A stretch of DNA of 64,000 bases, taken from the NCBI GenBank assembly GCA_965219415.1, contig OZ244742.1, forward strand, positions 1,184,001-1,248,000, given 5' to 3'. Shown one piece after another: positions 62,484 to 64,000 of the stretch. The stretch is from Candidatus Marinacidobacterales bacterium (GTDB lineage: Bacteria > Acidobacteriota > Vicinamibacteria > Marinacidobacterales > DATDRI01). The notes below the pieces were generated by a model that was not told where the DNA came from, made no database searches, and saw only the letters and a list, made by a program, of their open reading frames with translations. A program made the translations under genes and the position numbers. The stretch's first letter is position 1, and each line of letters begins with the position of its first letter.

Positions 62484-62607
62484 GCGTCAATCACCGGCGG
62501 TGCCTATCTGTAACCACGTCAGACGCGTCTGCACAACATACCTCGCGTCAATCGGCGCGGTGCCCAACTGTGACTGCGTCAGACGCCCCTCACAACATGC
62601 CTCGCGT
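62484..62607. repeat. Imperfect tandem repeat, two ~60-bp units
   Basis: GCGTCAATC...GCGGTGCC...CGTCAGACGC...CACAACATRCCTC at 62484 and 62545. Confidence 0.75.
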
Positions 62608-64000
62608 TATGCAGATCCAGGATCTACGGAATCTCGGTTACGTTTTGAAATCCGACTGCGGCGCCAAGAAATCAAAAACGCCGTAATCACACCGAATACC
62701 GCCGCTAGAGAAATAATAGCCCCACGAACGAGAGACTGCGGCCGATACACCAAACGCACGCGGTGATCTCCCGCTGAGACTCTTACCGCCCGGAACAATC
62801 CGTTCCCTCTCACTAGCGGTGCGTTCTGCCCGTCGACTTGCGCCACCCATCCGGGGTCGAACGAGTCCCAAATCACGAGGTAGCCCCCGTCGGCCGGTAA
62901 ATAGGTTTGGATTTCCATGTCGTCCGAGGACTCGCCTAGGATAACGGCGCCGATCGGTTGAGGTGAAGTGGCGGCGCCCGCCGGCGGCGGCGGATCGCGG
63001 AAGAGCAGTACTTCCTTCCCCGGGTCGAACGATTCGGAAAACAATTGTTCGAAGTGTTTATCCACGTCAGGTTCGACACGCGCCCCTCGGGATATCGCGA
63101 CGCGCGGCCGAGAATCGGTTCGTTCGTAGAGCGCGAGGGGCGGGTAGCCGGCAAGACGAACGATGGCGCGCGCCGATTCGTTCGGTGGTTCGTTGGTCAA
63201 GAAATATCGCGTTCCTGTCCGACCAAGGAGCCGGGTCCGTTCCCCACGCGATGCTCCGGCGAAGCGCACAATAAAATGGGTGTAGTCATAGGGCCAAAGC
63301 GCGGTGAGATCCAGGGACACCCCTTCGCGAAATCCCCACGCGGACGGGAACGAAGCGAACATCGTTTGGTACGCGGCCATCAAGGCTTCTTCACTGACGC
63401 CCGCGTGCCTAGCTTCTTGCTGGCGCGGGACATTGTCGAGGTCTCTCATCCCGGTCCACCAGGTGATGCGACCCCCGACGTACACCCGATCCCCCGGATA
63501 CTCCCGTGCCGACGACACCCAGGGTGGTTCGCTCAGAAGCTCTGCGTTCAGCGTCGGGTTGACGACGGTATTCACCATCAACGGATCGACGAAACACACC
63601 GCGACAGTAGAACGGAACGATAGCGCCAGTTGGAAATCCCGATAAGAACCGAGATGACCGTACCAACGACAAAGAGCCGAAGCGCCGCGCGCCCGACCCC
63701 GGCCAGTAGAACCGGGGCCGCCACCTCCGGGTTCGCCACACGTAGCGTCCCGGCAATCTCGCTCGCGAGGCGAAGCGCTACTTCCTCCAAACCGTTAACG
63801 AGAAGGATCACAATGCCGCTGAACAGCACGAAGACGAGCGCCGGGAGCGCACGCCGTGCGGAGACACGGTTCTGCTCTTGAAGGTAGTCCCACCCCAAAC
63901 CGGCCAAAGCGGCAGTCGCCAGAACCGCGGGAAGGAAGTACTTCGCCGGGTAACGCACCGCCTCGAGAGGTGGCAAGAGCGCCTGAAGAGCCGGATACAA
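62607..64000 (-). pseudogene. YfhO-family membrane glycosyltransferase-like protein (partial, frameshift near 63605)
   Basis: VRYPAKY; GYLVIWDSFDPGWVAQVDG...NGLFRAV...GDHRVRLVYRP C-terminal motif. Confidence 0.8.

Noticed and set aside
62484-62607. CRISPR array
   Set aside because: Only two contiguous units, no spacers, no cas genes

Overview
GC-rich bacterial chromosomal window. Gene content (Oar-type TonB receptor, many Hanks-type Ser/Thr kinases, TPR/HEAT proteins, DUF4388) points to Acidobacteriota, probably Vicinamibacteria-like; this is inference. Intact housekeeping genes (lat, LytS/LytTR pair, ctpA, tatA/tatC, ompA-like, pcm, proS, aroB, ubiE/menG, argF) alternate with accessory genes that are often broken. 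Highlights: (1) a candidate RiPP operon at 46.8-49.3 kb, with a consensus sigma54 promoter, a radical SAM/SPASM enzyme carrying an in-frame TAG, a translationally coupled 59-aa Cys-containing precursor missed by the ORF track, and an HprK-like P-loop kinase, next to a type IV minor-pilin locus with a PilR-like activator; (2) an IS3 element and a host gene both split by a ~1.38-kb inversion that can be reconstructed using a CCTA target duplication; (3) IS256 nested in a decayed HNH gene; (4) an ECF sigma / two-kinase / TonB receptor / PQQ-propeller-pseudoesterase locus; (5) a COG2403 (arginine synthetase-like) gene coupled to ornithine carbamoyltransferase. No rRNA, tRNA or CRISPR array was recognised. 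All calls come from reading motifs by eye; no database searches were run.
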